Numbered from the stretch's first letter, positions 8,654 to 17,084 are shown. The stretch is DNA of 19,100 nucleotides from Armatimonadota bacterium (GCA_034722055.1 JAYENL010000100.1:20782-39881), one strand, 5' to 3'. Program-made: numbers and translations. The notes: generated by a model from the letters alone, not told the origin.

Positions 8654-9579
8654 TCGCGACTGCAGTGATTCTGTGGCTGGCGGTGATCGTGGGGCTGGCC
8701 TTCGGCTACTACGTGCGCTACATCGAGCCGGCGCGGATCGAGGTGACGCACACCGAGGTGCACCTGCCCGACCTGCCGGCGGCGCTCGAGGGGCTGACGG
8801 TCGGTCACCTTTCGGACTTCCACTGCCAGCATGACCCGGCCATCGAGCATAGCAGCCGGGAGGCGATCCGCCTGGCCATGCGGGAGCACCCGGACCTGAT
8901 CGCCATCCCCGGGGACATGTTCGAGAACTGTGAGATGGCCCGCGAGTGCGGGGACCAGCTCCGGGGGCTCAGCGCGCCGCTGGGCGTCTTCGCGGCGCCT
9001 GGGAATCACGACCGGGCGCACCAGGACCCCTTCAGGTGCCTGGAGGCGCCCGCGGAGGACGTCCGGGACCTGCGCGCCGCCCTGCGGGAGCTGGGCATTG
9101 AGCTGCTGGCGAACGAGAGCCGGATCGTGACGGTGGATGGCGCGCGTATCGCAGTGGCAGGAGTGGACGAGTACGCCTTCGGGCGGGACGACGCCCGCCG
9201 CGCCCTCGAGGGCACCGCCGATGCGGATATCATCCTGCTGCTGGCGCACACGCCGGACATGCTGGACGATCCCGCGGTGGCGGAGGCCGACCTGGTCCTG
9301 TGCGGCCACACCCACGGAGGTCAGATCCAGATTCCGGGCATGGGTGCGCCCTGGGCGCCCGTCTGGCGGGATCGGCGCCGGGCCTCGGGGCTGCTGGAGG
9401 CGGGCGGAGTGCTGGCCTACGTCAGTCGCGGCGTGGCTTCCGCCACGCGGGCGCGGTTCTGCTGCCGGCCGGAGGTGGCCATGCTGACGCTGCGCCGCGG
9501 CGTGGAGACGAATGCGACGCAGGTCCCGGTCCGCTACGCGGTCCGGGATCGCGAGGATGTCGAGGAGGTACCCCTGTGA
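8650..9579 (+). CDS. Membrane-anchored calcineurin-like metallophosphoesterase (YkuE/YaeI-like)
   Basis: SDFH, PGD, GNHD, AHTPD, GHTHGGQI and YVSRG motifs, with an N-terminal TM helix. Confidence 0.92.
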   Translation: MIATAVILWLAVIVGLAFGYYVRYIEPARIEVTHTEVHLPDLPAALEGLTVGHLSDFHCQHDPAIEHSSREAIRLAMREHPDLIAIPGDMFENCEMARECGDQLRGLSAPLGVFAAPGNHDRAHQDPFRCLEAPAEDVRDLRAALRELGIELLANESRIVTVDGARIAVAGVDEYAFGRDDARRALEGTADADIILLLAHTPDMLDDPAVAEADLVLCGHTHGGQIQIPGMGAPWAPVWRDRRRASGLLEAGGVLAYVSRGVASATRARFCCRPEVAMLTLRRGVETNATQVPVRYAVRDREDVEEVPL

Positions 9580-10466
9580 GACTGCCCTCATTCGTAACCG
9601 GCCTGCTGGAGAGGGTCGGCCTGAGGAAGAAGCAGATGCCGCTGTCGCGCGATCAGGCCTTTGAGGCCCGTCCGGTGCGCAATCCGAGGCTGAAGTGGCG
9701 CATCAACGACGACGAGTTCGTGGAGGTCATCATCCCTCGTGGCAAGGACCTCTTCAGCCGGGCCATGGGCTTCCTGTTCTTCGTCCCCAAGAGCCGACCG
9801 GTGGTCCTCGACGAGGTGGGGACGCGGGTGTGGCACCTCTGCGACGGCGAGAACACCGTGGACGAGATCATCCGCGCGCTGTGCTCGGAGTACAAGCTTG
9901 CCCGGCGGGAGGTGGAGGCCTCGCTGACGGAGTTCCTGCGCACGCTGGGCAAGCGCGGCATGGTCGGCTTCGTGATCCCCAAGGAGTTCCTCGAGGAGTT
10001 CGACGGGGAGGTGGTGGGCCTGCAGGAGGTGGGCACCGCCCGCGAGGACCTGGAGGCGGCGCAGCAGGAGGCCGCTCGCGCCATCGAGGAGATCGACGAG
10101 GGCGCCGAGGCTGAGGAGGCTCCGGAGGCAGCGACATCGGCCTCCGATGAGGCGGTCGCCGCGAAGCAGCAGGCTCCGGCCGCAGAGGCGTCGGCCGACG
10201 AGGGCATCGCCGAGGCGGAGGGTGACGTGGTCACCTGCTGCGTGTGCGGGAGGGAGGCGACGGTCCGCTACTTCGAGCCTGACGAGATCGCGCTGCTGGG
10301 GCCGGAGGACGTGGAGGAGCTGGAGGCGGAGAACATCGCCCTGCGGTGCCGCGAGTGCGGCGCCACCATGTGCTTCGCCTGCGCCGCGGAATCGGCTGAG
10401 GAGGCCGGCACGGGGGTCTGTCCGGAGTGCGGCGCGGCGGACGGACCCTACTTCTACATGCGCTGA
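9576..10466 (+). CDS. PqqD/RRE-family domain protein with an acidic linker and a C-terminal 8-Cys zinc-binding domain
   Basis: GTG 9576 follows GAGGAGG and overlaps the upstream TGA. LDEVGTRVWHLCDGENTVDEIIRAL...FLRTLGKRGMV is a PqqD-like signature. Four CxxC pairs at the C-terminus. Confidence 0.8.
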   Translation: MRLPSFVTGLLERVGLRKKQMPLSRDQAFEARPVRNPRLKWRINDDEFVEVIIPRGKDLFSRAMGFLFFVPKSRPVVLDEVGTRVWHLCDGENTVDEIIRALCSEYKLARREVEASLTEFLRTLGKRGMVGFVIPKEFLEEFDGEVVGLQEVGTAREDLEAAQQEAARAIEEIDEGAEAEEAPEAATSASDEAVAAKQQAPAAEASADEGIAEAEGDVVTCCVCGREATVRYFEPDEIALLGPEDVEELEAENIALRCRECGATMCFACAAESAEEAGTGVCPECGAADGPYFYMR

Positions 10467-10522
10467 GGGGGGACGTGGCGCGGGCGCGGGAGGCCGGGGC
10501 CACACGGTCGGGAGGTGCGGCC

Positions 10523-11365
10523 ATGATCCGCAACATCGTCGTGGGCTACGACGGATCGCGCTCATCTGAGGTCGCAGTCGAGCAGGCCATCAACCTCGCG
10601 GAGCTGTGCGATGGGCGGCTCTACCTCGCCGCCGTCCACACGGTGACGGAGGCGGACCTTGAGGGGGAGTCCGTCGATCGGCAGCAGGACCTCGCCGAGA
10701 TGGCCCTGGGGCCGCAGGCCCGGGAGGGTGAGGACGAGGACCGCCCCGCCACCGAGCTGCCCCTGTCGCTGGACGAGATCCAGCGCACCTGCCAGGACCT
10801 GCACATCGTCTGTGAACAGGAGGAGCTCTTCGCGCGCAACCCCGGACCGCGCCTGCTGCGGCGGAGCTGGACGGCGGAGCTGCTGGTGGTGGGCCGCGGC
10901 GACGAGCGCCGACCGGGCGTGCCCGGCCCCAACACGACCTTCCTCCTCAGCGAGCTGGTCACGCCCACCCTCGTCTGTGCCCGGCAGCCGCTGGAGATCC
11001 GCTCAGTGCTGATCCCCTACAAGCTCTCGGTCAGCGGCGGGCGCGGCCTCTCCTTCGCCGCCGGGCTGTGCGAGATGCTCAACGCGGAGCTGACCGTGCT
11101 CGTCTGCGAGCCGCGGCGCAGCGACGCCCGCGACGCGGTCGAGAGCGCTGAGAAGCACCTGCGAGCGTATCACGTGGAGAGCGCCACCGAGGTCTCCCTC
11201 ACACGGCCGCATGAGGCCGTGCGGTCGGCCGCCATGGACCGCGACGCGTCGATGGTCATCGTCCCCGGCGCTCACAAGCGCTACTTCCTCTTCCCCTGGC
11301 AGCGCAATGAGACGCTGTGGCGGGCGCTGGAGGTCCCCGGCGCAGCCGTGCTGGCCTACCCGTGA
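10523..11365 (+). CDS. Universal stress protein (tandem USP domains)
   Basis: MIRNIVVGYDGSRSSEVAVEQA start, LLVVGRG, second domain IRSVLIPY...MVIVPG. GGAGGT RBS before ATG 10523. Confidence 0.85.
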   Translation: MIRNIVVGYDGSRSSEVAVEQAINLAELCDGRLYLAAVHTVTEADLEGESVDRQQDLAEMALGPQAREGEDEDRPATELPLSLDEIQRTCQDLHIVCEQEELFARNPGPRLLRRSWTAELLVVGRGDERRPGVPGPNTTFLLSELVTPTLVCARQPLEIRSVLIPYKLSVSGGRGLSFAAGLCEMLNAELTVLVCEPRRSDARDAVESAEKHLRAYHVESATEVSLTRPHEAVRSAAMDRDASMVIVPGAHKRYFLFPWQRNETLWRALEVPGAAVLAYP

Positions 11366-11692
11366 GCGGCAGCGACGAAGCCGAGCAGAGCCACGATACC
11401 GCGCAGATGGGGCTGCCTACCTATGGGCACTTCTCGTGCCGCTTGGAGCGGGGCGCCTCCGCTCGCGCCCGGCCATTGCCGTGCCGTATGTGCCGTATGG
11501 AGGGGCCGGACCACTGTCCTGCCCGCTGTTCCGTCAAGCCCTCCTGGGGGCGCCCGCCTCCTTAAGGCCGAGCCGTTGAGACCGGAGGTCTCCAAGGGGC
11601 ACGACTACGCTCGCACCCGGACGTTGTCTCCGACGCATGACACTGGTACATCATGGCCCCACGCTCGGGCGTGGCGATGCGGAAGCCCTCAG

Positions 11693-12232
11693 TCAGGACT
11701 CGATCCCTTGACGCGCCCTCACGCCGTGCTCGTAGTAGTGCTTCACCTCGCGCATCTCGGTGACCAGGTCCGCGGCGTCGATGACGTGCCGGTCGGCGCG
11801 GCGGCCGGTGATGACCAGCTCCACGCCCTCCGGCCTCTCGTGGATCAGGGCCAGCAGCTCATCGACGGCGAGGAGGCCGAAGTGCGTGGCGATGTTCGCC
11901 TCGTCGAGGATCACCACGTCCCAGCGATCCGAGAGCAGCTCCTCGCGGACCTCCGCGAGGCCCGCGCGTGCGGCCTCGACGTCCTCGGCACTCGGCTGGC
12001 CGTGGATGAAGGATGCGCGGCCGTACTGCCGGACCTCGATCAGGTCGTCGAAGCGCTCCAGCGCGTCGAGCTCGGAGTAGTGCATGCCCTTTACGAACTG
12101 GGCGATGAGCACGCGCAGACCCGCGCCGGCGGCCCGCAGCGCAAGGCCCAGCGCGGCGGTGGTCTTCCCCTTCCCGTCGCCGGTGTAGACCTGCACGTAG
12201 CCGCGATCCCACTGCGCGCCCATGTCGGTCAC
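11693..12232 (-). CDS. cobO: Cob(I)alamin / cob(I)yrinate adenosyltransferase (CobA/CobO/BtuR)
   Basis: VQVYTGDGKGKTTAALGLALRAAG P-loop, QFVKG, VILDE, ELVITGR, ADLVTEM..VKH and GIE motifs. Confidence 0.95.
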   Translation of the reverse strand: MTDMGAQWDRGYVQVYTGDGKGKTTAALGLALRAAGAGLRVLIAQFVKGMHYSELDALERFDDLIEVRQYGRASFIHGQPSAEDVEAARAGLAEVREELLSDRWDVVILDEANIATHFGLLAVDELLALIHERPEGVELVITGRRADRHVIDAADLVTEMREVKHYYEHGVRARQGIES

Positions 12233-12969
12233 TCCGTCACTGTGACGCTGGCGTCAGGGCGCAGCGGGTTGGTGCGCGCCTGAAAGGAGTAGAGGAATGG
12301 GTACTCCTCATTCAGATGGGACATGTACTCCAGCCACTCGCGGAGCAGGTGTCCGTACACCCTGTGAGTGTCGCCGATGAGATGGTTGAGGTCGGGCTCG
12401 GGCAGGTCTGAGAGGTCACCTCTCGCCGCCAGCTCCTCCTGGAGGTGGGTCAGCGCCCAGAGCAGATCGGAGAAGTCCTCATCCTCCAGCAGCGCCGGGT
12501 TCTGCAGCAGCCGCAGCAGGAAGTCCCGGTGGTCGGTCAGCAGGTCGCGCAGGGCCTCGATATCGGATACGTCCGGACGCATCTTCAGCCGCAGCTCCGG
12601 CACGGTGCCCTTGAGCTGCTGGATCTGTTCGCTCGTCCAGTCCGGGCCGATGGCCAGGCACTCGCGCACCTCCTCACGGTTGTCAAGGACATCGCACATG
12701 CGCTCCAGCAGCGGCTGGCCCAGCGCGCTGAAGAAGGTGCCGACGACCATGTTCATCTTGTGCCGCAGCGCCTGGCGCTCGCGCTCGTGAAGGACGCGGT
12801 CAACCACTAACGATATCACGAGGACCTCGACCGGCAGGAATGCAATGTCGCCGAATCCGTAGATCAGCACGTGATGCAGGTCCTGGAAGATCAGGTAGTG
12901 CGCGGTATGCAAGATGAGCGCCGCTATGACTAGGACGACCGCGATCGCGATGACCTCTCGTCGCGACAT
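12229..12969 (-). CDS. Conserved hypothetical membrane protein (2 N-terminal TM helices)
   Basis: GGAGGT RBS, DIAFLPVEVL, KMNMVVGTFFS, LLQNPALLE.E.FSDLLWA..HL.EEL and RTNP segments. GTGA overlap with cobO. Confidence 0.8.
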   Translation of the reverse strand: MSRREVIAIAVVLVIAALILHTAHYLIFQDLHHVLIYGFGDIAFLPVEVLVISLVVDRVLHERERQALRHKMNMVVGTFFSALGQPLLERMCDVLDNREEVRECLAIGPDWTSEQIQQLKGTVPELRLKMRPDVSDIEALRDLLTDHRDFLLRLLQNPALLEDEDFSDLLWALTHLQEELAARGDLSDLPEPDLNHLIGDTHRVYGHLLREWLEYMSHLNEEYPFLYSFQARTNPLRPDASVTVTE

Positions 12970-13031
12970 GGGAACACCTCCCGTTTGCTCACCATTCAGA
13001 TCGTGAGCAGGTCCCTCTCATCTGGCACGTC

Positions 13032-13283
13032 TCAGGCATACCGGTCGGCGATCTCCCGCACGATCTGCACCCACCGGCGCAGCCGCCAGGGCTCGTGCTC
13101 GATGGTCTGAACGTCCTTGAGGGTGATATCCACGTGGCAGCCCCTGGACGCCTCCATGCCCTCGCGGATGATGCGGCGGATCAGGTCCTCGTTGAAGCCG
13201 CAGCACATCATGTCGGTGGGGTTGGGCCGCCACGAGAACACGTAGTCGTCGCGGATCTGCTCCGCGCTCTTGGCGACGTCGGC
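13032..13283 (-). pseudogene. 3' fragment of a uroporphyrinogen-decarboxylase-like (TIM-barrel) gene, 5' part missing
   Basis: Reads ADVAKSAEQIRDDYVFSWRPNP...VDITLKDVQT...RLRRWVQI with host-like codon usage. It starts right after an in-frame TGA (13286-13284) located in the repeat edge and has no proper start. Confidence 0.6.
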
Positions 13284-13409
13284 TCATTGCGCATCGCTCT
13301 CCTCCTTTCGGGCCGGCTTCGTCGGTCCCTTCGGCCCCTCCGCGTCGCTGATGATGGGGAGGGGCCGCCTGCAGCGAACGCGCGGAGCGTGTGAGCAAAG
13401 TCGGCCCGG
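13283..13409. repeat. Structured direct repeat, copy A (127 bp)
   Basis: Near-identical to 13919-14061. Contains a CGGCCCCTCC/GGAGGGGCCG stem and, on the minus strand, AAGGAGG plus ATGCGCAATGAG. Confidence 0.95.
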
Positions 13410-13414
13410 CCCCT

Positions 13415-13930
13415 TCACGGCCATGACAGGACCGCTGTGTGCGGCCACTCCTCCCACCGTCGGCAGAAGCCGTCCGCGACCGGGTTCTCCAGCACATACG
13501 CGATGTGCTCCCGAAGATCTTCGTCGGTGTCAGCGTGGGTATCGTAGTAGCTGCGCTGCCAGGAGAATCGCTCCGTCAAAAGACCAAGTCGGTTGATCGC
13601 GCCGCTCGCACCGCTCTTGAAGCTGCGCATGAAATCGGGCAGCGGGCTGGCCCCGACAACAGAAGCGATGAAGTGGAGGTGCGTGGGCATGGCGCAATAC
13701 ATGTGTATGGTGACGCCAGCGGCCTTGGCGCGCTCTAACAGTAAGGCAATGGCTGTCTCGGCGATCCGGCCGGTGAGGAGGGGACGCTGGTCCTTGACGC
13801 ACACCGTCACGAAGACGGGCCGATTGTAGGTGATGTACACCTCATCTCGCAACCGGTGCGGATGCCGCCTGTCAGGGCGGCGCCTGTCCGGTCGCCAACC
13901 TTCTCTTCCCGGCGACCTCTCATTGCGCAT
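13415..13930 (-). mobile_element. REP-associated tyrosine transposase (RAYT/TnpA-REP, HUH Y1, IS200/IS605 superfamily), 171 aa
   Basis: FVTVCV, YCAMPTHLH (HUH), FKS, WQRSYYD, AYVLENP (catalytic Tyr plus NP) and W.EWP motifs. ATG 13930 follows AAGGAGG. Codon usage is visibly more AT-rich than the flanks. Confidence 0.9.
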
Positions 13931-14061
13931 CGCTCTCCTCCTTTCGGGCCGGCTTCGTCGGTCCCTTCGGTCCCTCCTCAGGTCGGCCCCTCCGCGTCGC
14001 TGATGATGGGGAGGGGCCGCCTGCAGCGAACGCGCGGAGCGTGTGAGCGAAGTGGGCCCGG
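13919..14061. repeat. Structured direct repeat, copy B (143 bp, copy A plus a 16-bp insertion)
   Basis: Same sequence as copy A with an extra TCCCTCCTCAGGTCGG and 2 substitutions near the right end. It overlaps the RBS and first 4 codons of the RAYT. Confidence 0.95.
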
Positions 14062-14084
14062 GCAGGACAGCAGCCCAAGAGCGG

Positions 14085-14434
14085 TCCAGCCCGGCGTCGA
14101 GGATCTGGCGTCGGACGTGATACAGCGCGCCGATGCAGTCCATAGCCTGCAGGTAGCCGTGGTCGTAGGGCCGGTCGCGGCGCAGCTTCCACTCATCGCC
14201 GCTCTGCAGGTAGTTCACGCTGACCGCTACCACGTCGTAGCGGTCCGAGAAGGTCTTGCACCACCCCCGGTAGATCTCCTGGCCGTAGACGCCGCCCCAG
14301 TTGTGCAGGCACAGCATGAGGCCGGTGCCCTCGCCGATGCCGCCAGGCGGCCCCTGCACCCACATCTTCACGCTTCGCTCGCCCGGCTCGAAGGGCCACT
14401 GTAGTGCCACGAACTCCTGGTCCTGCTCAAGCAT
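14085..14434 (-). pseudogene. 5' fragment of an alpha/beta-hydrolase-like (DUF2920-like) gene, truncated near repeat copy B
   Basis: GGAG RBS and ATG 14434. LMLCLHNWGG...DVVAVSVNY...YDHGYLQAMDCIGAL. The protein-like sequence stops at ~ILDAGLD, before any GxSxG elbow. The breakpoint is approximate. Confidence 0.6.
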
Positions 14435-14756
14435 GTGATTATCTCCGCTGCTTTGGGCTGCTCGCGGGACGCCACTTCGCCAAAGCCTGCGTCCGGCCCT
14501 GCATGACGACCTCCGGGGACGGTCTGCCGAAGGTGACGGCGCGGGGGAGGGCGAACCAGACCGCGAGGCGGTCGAGCACGGGGAGTCACTTCCAATGCAG
14601 CCGGCCGCCGCCCGAGTCCCGCTGGGCGCCCATGGTGTGTATGGGCTTCGCTGTGGCCCAGCGGAGCGCTCGGAGCCAGGCCATCAGGGAGTATGAGTTG
14701 GGCGGGCGGATGCTGGACGTGGCTGCAGTGACGACCTGACGGTGAGGGAGCTGATC

Positions 14757-17084
14757 GTGATGCGCCTGATAGGCATTGCCTGTGGAGCACTGCTGGCGTC
14801 GGCCGCGTGCGCGGCGGGCGCGGGTCTCGAGGACCTCGCAGAGGGCGATCCTCTTGTCGAGAGCGCGCCGCCGGGCGCACTGGTAGTGGATGGCCGGCCG
14901 GCGGCGACGATCGTGGTTCGCGAGCTGCCCACCGAGGAGCTTGTCTTCGCCGCGCGCACGCTGCAGGACTACCTCCAGCGCATCTCCGGCGCGGTGCTGC
15001 CCGTGGCGACGGATGAGGAGCAGGTGGATGGCAACCGCCTGCTGGTGGGCCTCTCGGACGCCACGCGGCAGGCCGGGCTGCGTGTGCCCGCGGACATCGA
15101 CCCCGAGGGCTACGTCCTGCGCAGGGCGGGCCGCGACATCGCCATCCTGGGCGGCAGCGACCGCGGCACGGTCTACGGCGTCGCCGGGTTGCTCCACGAC
15201 CACCTGGGCGTGCGGTGGTACGTGCCGGGCGATGAGCTGGGCACGTGCGTCCCGGAGATGACCGACATCGCGCTGACGGAGCTCGACGAGCTGCGCGAGC
15301 CGAGCTTCCCCATGCGCTGGATCGGCCGCGGCACCGACTGGGCGCTGCTCAACCGGCAGAACTGCCACGGGGACTCCCTGGCCGCCAGCTTCAAGATCGA
15401 GCCGGGCATCTACCACACCCAGGGACGGCTGCTGCCCCATAGCGAGCACTTCGAGGAGCACCCGGAGTACTACGCGCTGATCGGCGGGGAGCGCTCCGAG
15501 CACCGCCACTGCAAGCTCTGCTACTCCAGCGATGAGACGGCCTCGGCGGTGGCGGATGCCATGAGCGCGCTGCTGGAGGAGGACCCGGGCATCGACCTGC
15601 TGTCCTTCTCGCCCACCGACGGGCAGTTGTGGTGCGAGTGCGAGCACTGCACGGCGCTCGACGAGCCGGACGTGCCGCGGGACCGGAGCATGTCCCGGCG
15701 GAGCCTGATCTTCTACAACAAGCTCGCGGAGCGCATCCGCCAGAGGCATCCCGACGCCGAGATGCTCGTGGGCGCCTACAACGTCTACAACTGGCCGCCC
15801 GAGGACCGCTCCATCACGGCCGACCCCATGCTCTCGGTGATCGTCACACACTACGAGGACTACTGCATGGCGCATCCCATCGCCGATCCCACCTGCCCGC
15901 GCAATCGCCGCTACGTGCACCTCCTGCACGCCTGGGACCGCCTGGGGACGCCGGTCTACTACTACGAGTACTACTGGAAGGTCAACTGGCTGGACCTGCC
16001 CTGGCCCATCGTGCACTGCATCGCCGAGGACATCCCGTGGTTCCACGGCCGGGGCGACCGCGGCGTCTACACCCAGTTCAACCCCCAGAACGCCTGGACG
16101 CTGTATCCGGCCTACTACGTGGCCGCGCAGCTACTGTGGGATGTGGAGGCCGACGTGGGCGCCATCTTCGATGAGATGTGCGACCGCCTCTACGGCGCGG
16201 CCGGCCCGGCGGTGCGCGAGTACTACCGCGTGATGGAGGATGCCTTCGCCGAGGCCGAGATCCACTTCCCCGGCCACGGTGTCTCAGCCGGCTCGCAGAT
16301 CTTCACCCCCGATCTGCTGGAGCAGATGCGCGCGCACCTCGACCGCGCGCGGGAGCTGGCCGACAGCGACGTGGTGCAGCGGCGACTCGCCAAGCTGGAG
16401 CTGTCCTATCAGTACACCGACCGGCTGATGGCCTTCGCACGCCTGCGCCGGTCTCAGGACCTGGAGACCGCCGAGCGCGCCCTGGAGATGCTCGAGGAAC
16501 TGGTGACCGAGGTCCGCGCCGACCGCGAGAAGTGGGATGGCGTGGTCAGCACCTCGGTGGTGCGCGAGGGCTCCTACCTGGGCCGCGACCTGAACAACTT
16601 CCGCGAGCACGTCGAGAAGCTGCGGGCGCAGGCGGCCACCGGTGAGGTGCTGGCCCGGCTCACGGACGGCTGGCGCTTCAGGCTCGACCCCGACGACGTG
16701 GGAGTGGAGCGGGAGTGGTTCGCGCCCGCTCTCGACGACAGCGACTGGGACCCCATCGAGGTCGGCAAGCCCTGGGAGGAGCAGGGCTATCCCGACTACG
16801 ACGGCCACGGCTGGTATCGGCTGGAGCTTGAGGTCAGGCCCGAGTGGCTGGAGCGTGGCGCAGTCCTGCACTTCGGCGCGGTCGATGGCGAGGCCTGGGT
16901 CTACCTCAACGGCGAGATGATCACCCACCACGAGGGCTGGGACATGCCCTTCACGGCGCCGCTGCACGCCGACCTCGTGAACGCGGAAGAGACGAGTCTG
17001 CTTGCCGTGCGGGTGTGGGACGGCAGCCATCAGGGCGGGATCTGGCAGCCGGTCAGCGTGACGGTCCCTGAACCGACTGAGTAG
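14757..17084 (+). CDS. Secreted DUF4838-like protein with an N-terminal GH20/GH67-like domain and a C-terminal GH2-N-like sugar-binding domain
   Basis: Signal peptide, AARTLQDYLQRISGAVLPV, RGTVYGV..LL...LGVRWY.PG, HT...F.EHPEYYAL, LCYS, WCECEHC, YEYY, and C-terminal WRFRLDP.D.G....WF...YDGHGWYR...LHFGAVD. Start is 14757 or 14760, after GAGGGAG. Confidence 0.78.
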   Translation: MMRLIGIACGALLASAACAAGAGLEDLAEGDPLVESAPPGALVVDGRPAATIVVRELPTEELVFAARTLQDYLQRISGAVLPVATDEEQVDGNRLLVGLSDATRQAGLRVPADIDPEGYVLRRAGRDIAILGGSDRGTVYGVAGLLHDHLGVRWYVPGDELGTCVPEMTDIALTELDELREPSFPMRWIGRGTDWALLNRQNCHGDSLAASFKIEPGIYHTQGRLLPHSEHFEEHPEYYALIGGERSEHRHCKLCYSSDETASAVADAMSALLEEDPGIDLLSFSPTDGQLWCECEHCTALDEPDVPRDRSMSRRSLIFYNKLAERIRQRHPDAEMLVGAYNVYNWPPEDRSITADPMLSVIVTHYEDYCMAHPIADPTCPRNRRYVHLLHAWDRLGTPVYYYEYYWKVNWLDLPWPIVHCIAEDIPWFHGRGDRGVYTQFNPQNAWTLYPAYYVAAQLLWDVEADVGAIFDEMCDRLYGAAGPAVREYYRVMEDAFAEAEIHFPGHGVSAGSQIFTPDLLEQMRAHLDRARELADSDVVQRRLAKLELSYQYTDRLMAFARLRRSQDLETAERALEMLEELVTEVRADREKWDGVVSTSVVREGSYLGRDLNNFREHVEKLRAQAATGEVLARLTDGWRFRLDPDDVGVEREWFAPALDDSDWDPIEVGKPWEEQGYPDYDGHGWYRLELEVRPEWLERGAVLHFGAVDGEAWVYLNGEMITHHEGWDMPFTAPLHADLVNAEETSLLAVRVWDGSHQGGIWQPVSVTVPEPTE

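Noticed and set aside
9300..9575. ORF-track N-terminal extensions (also 455, 1781, 4960, 10427)
   Set aside because: They overlap upstream genes or lack an RBS, and better RBS-supported starts lie downstream.
11366..11692. Cys-containing small ORF (11317-11565) as a RiPP precursor for the PqqD protein, plus short hairpins in this gap
   Set aside because: It has no convincing RBS, atypical codon usage and no modifying enzymes nearby. The 6-bp GC stems are expected by chance.
12970..13031. Cobalamin riboswitch upstream of the cobO operon
   Set aside because: The gap is only ~60 bp and no B12-box motifs were recognised here or at 14435-14740.
13283..14061. Direct repeats as a CRISPR array or attL/attR sites
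   Set aside because: There are only two long copies, no spacers, no cas genes and no integrase.
13415..14434. Treating the 339-aa ORF as one ordinary native gene
   Set aside because: Its middle is the translated direct repeat and the RAYT part has its own strong RBS and ATG. It is annotated as a fragment plus transposase, and the fusion is listed as a finding.
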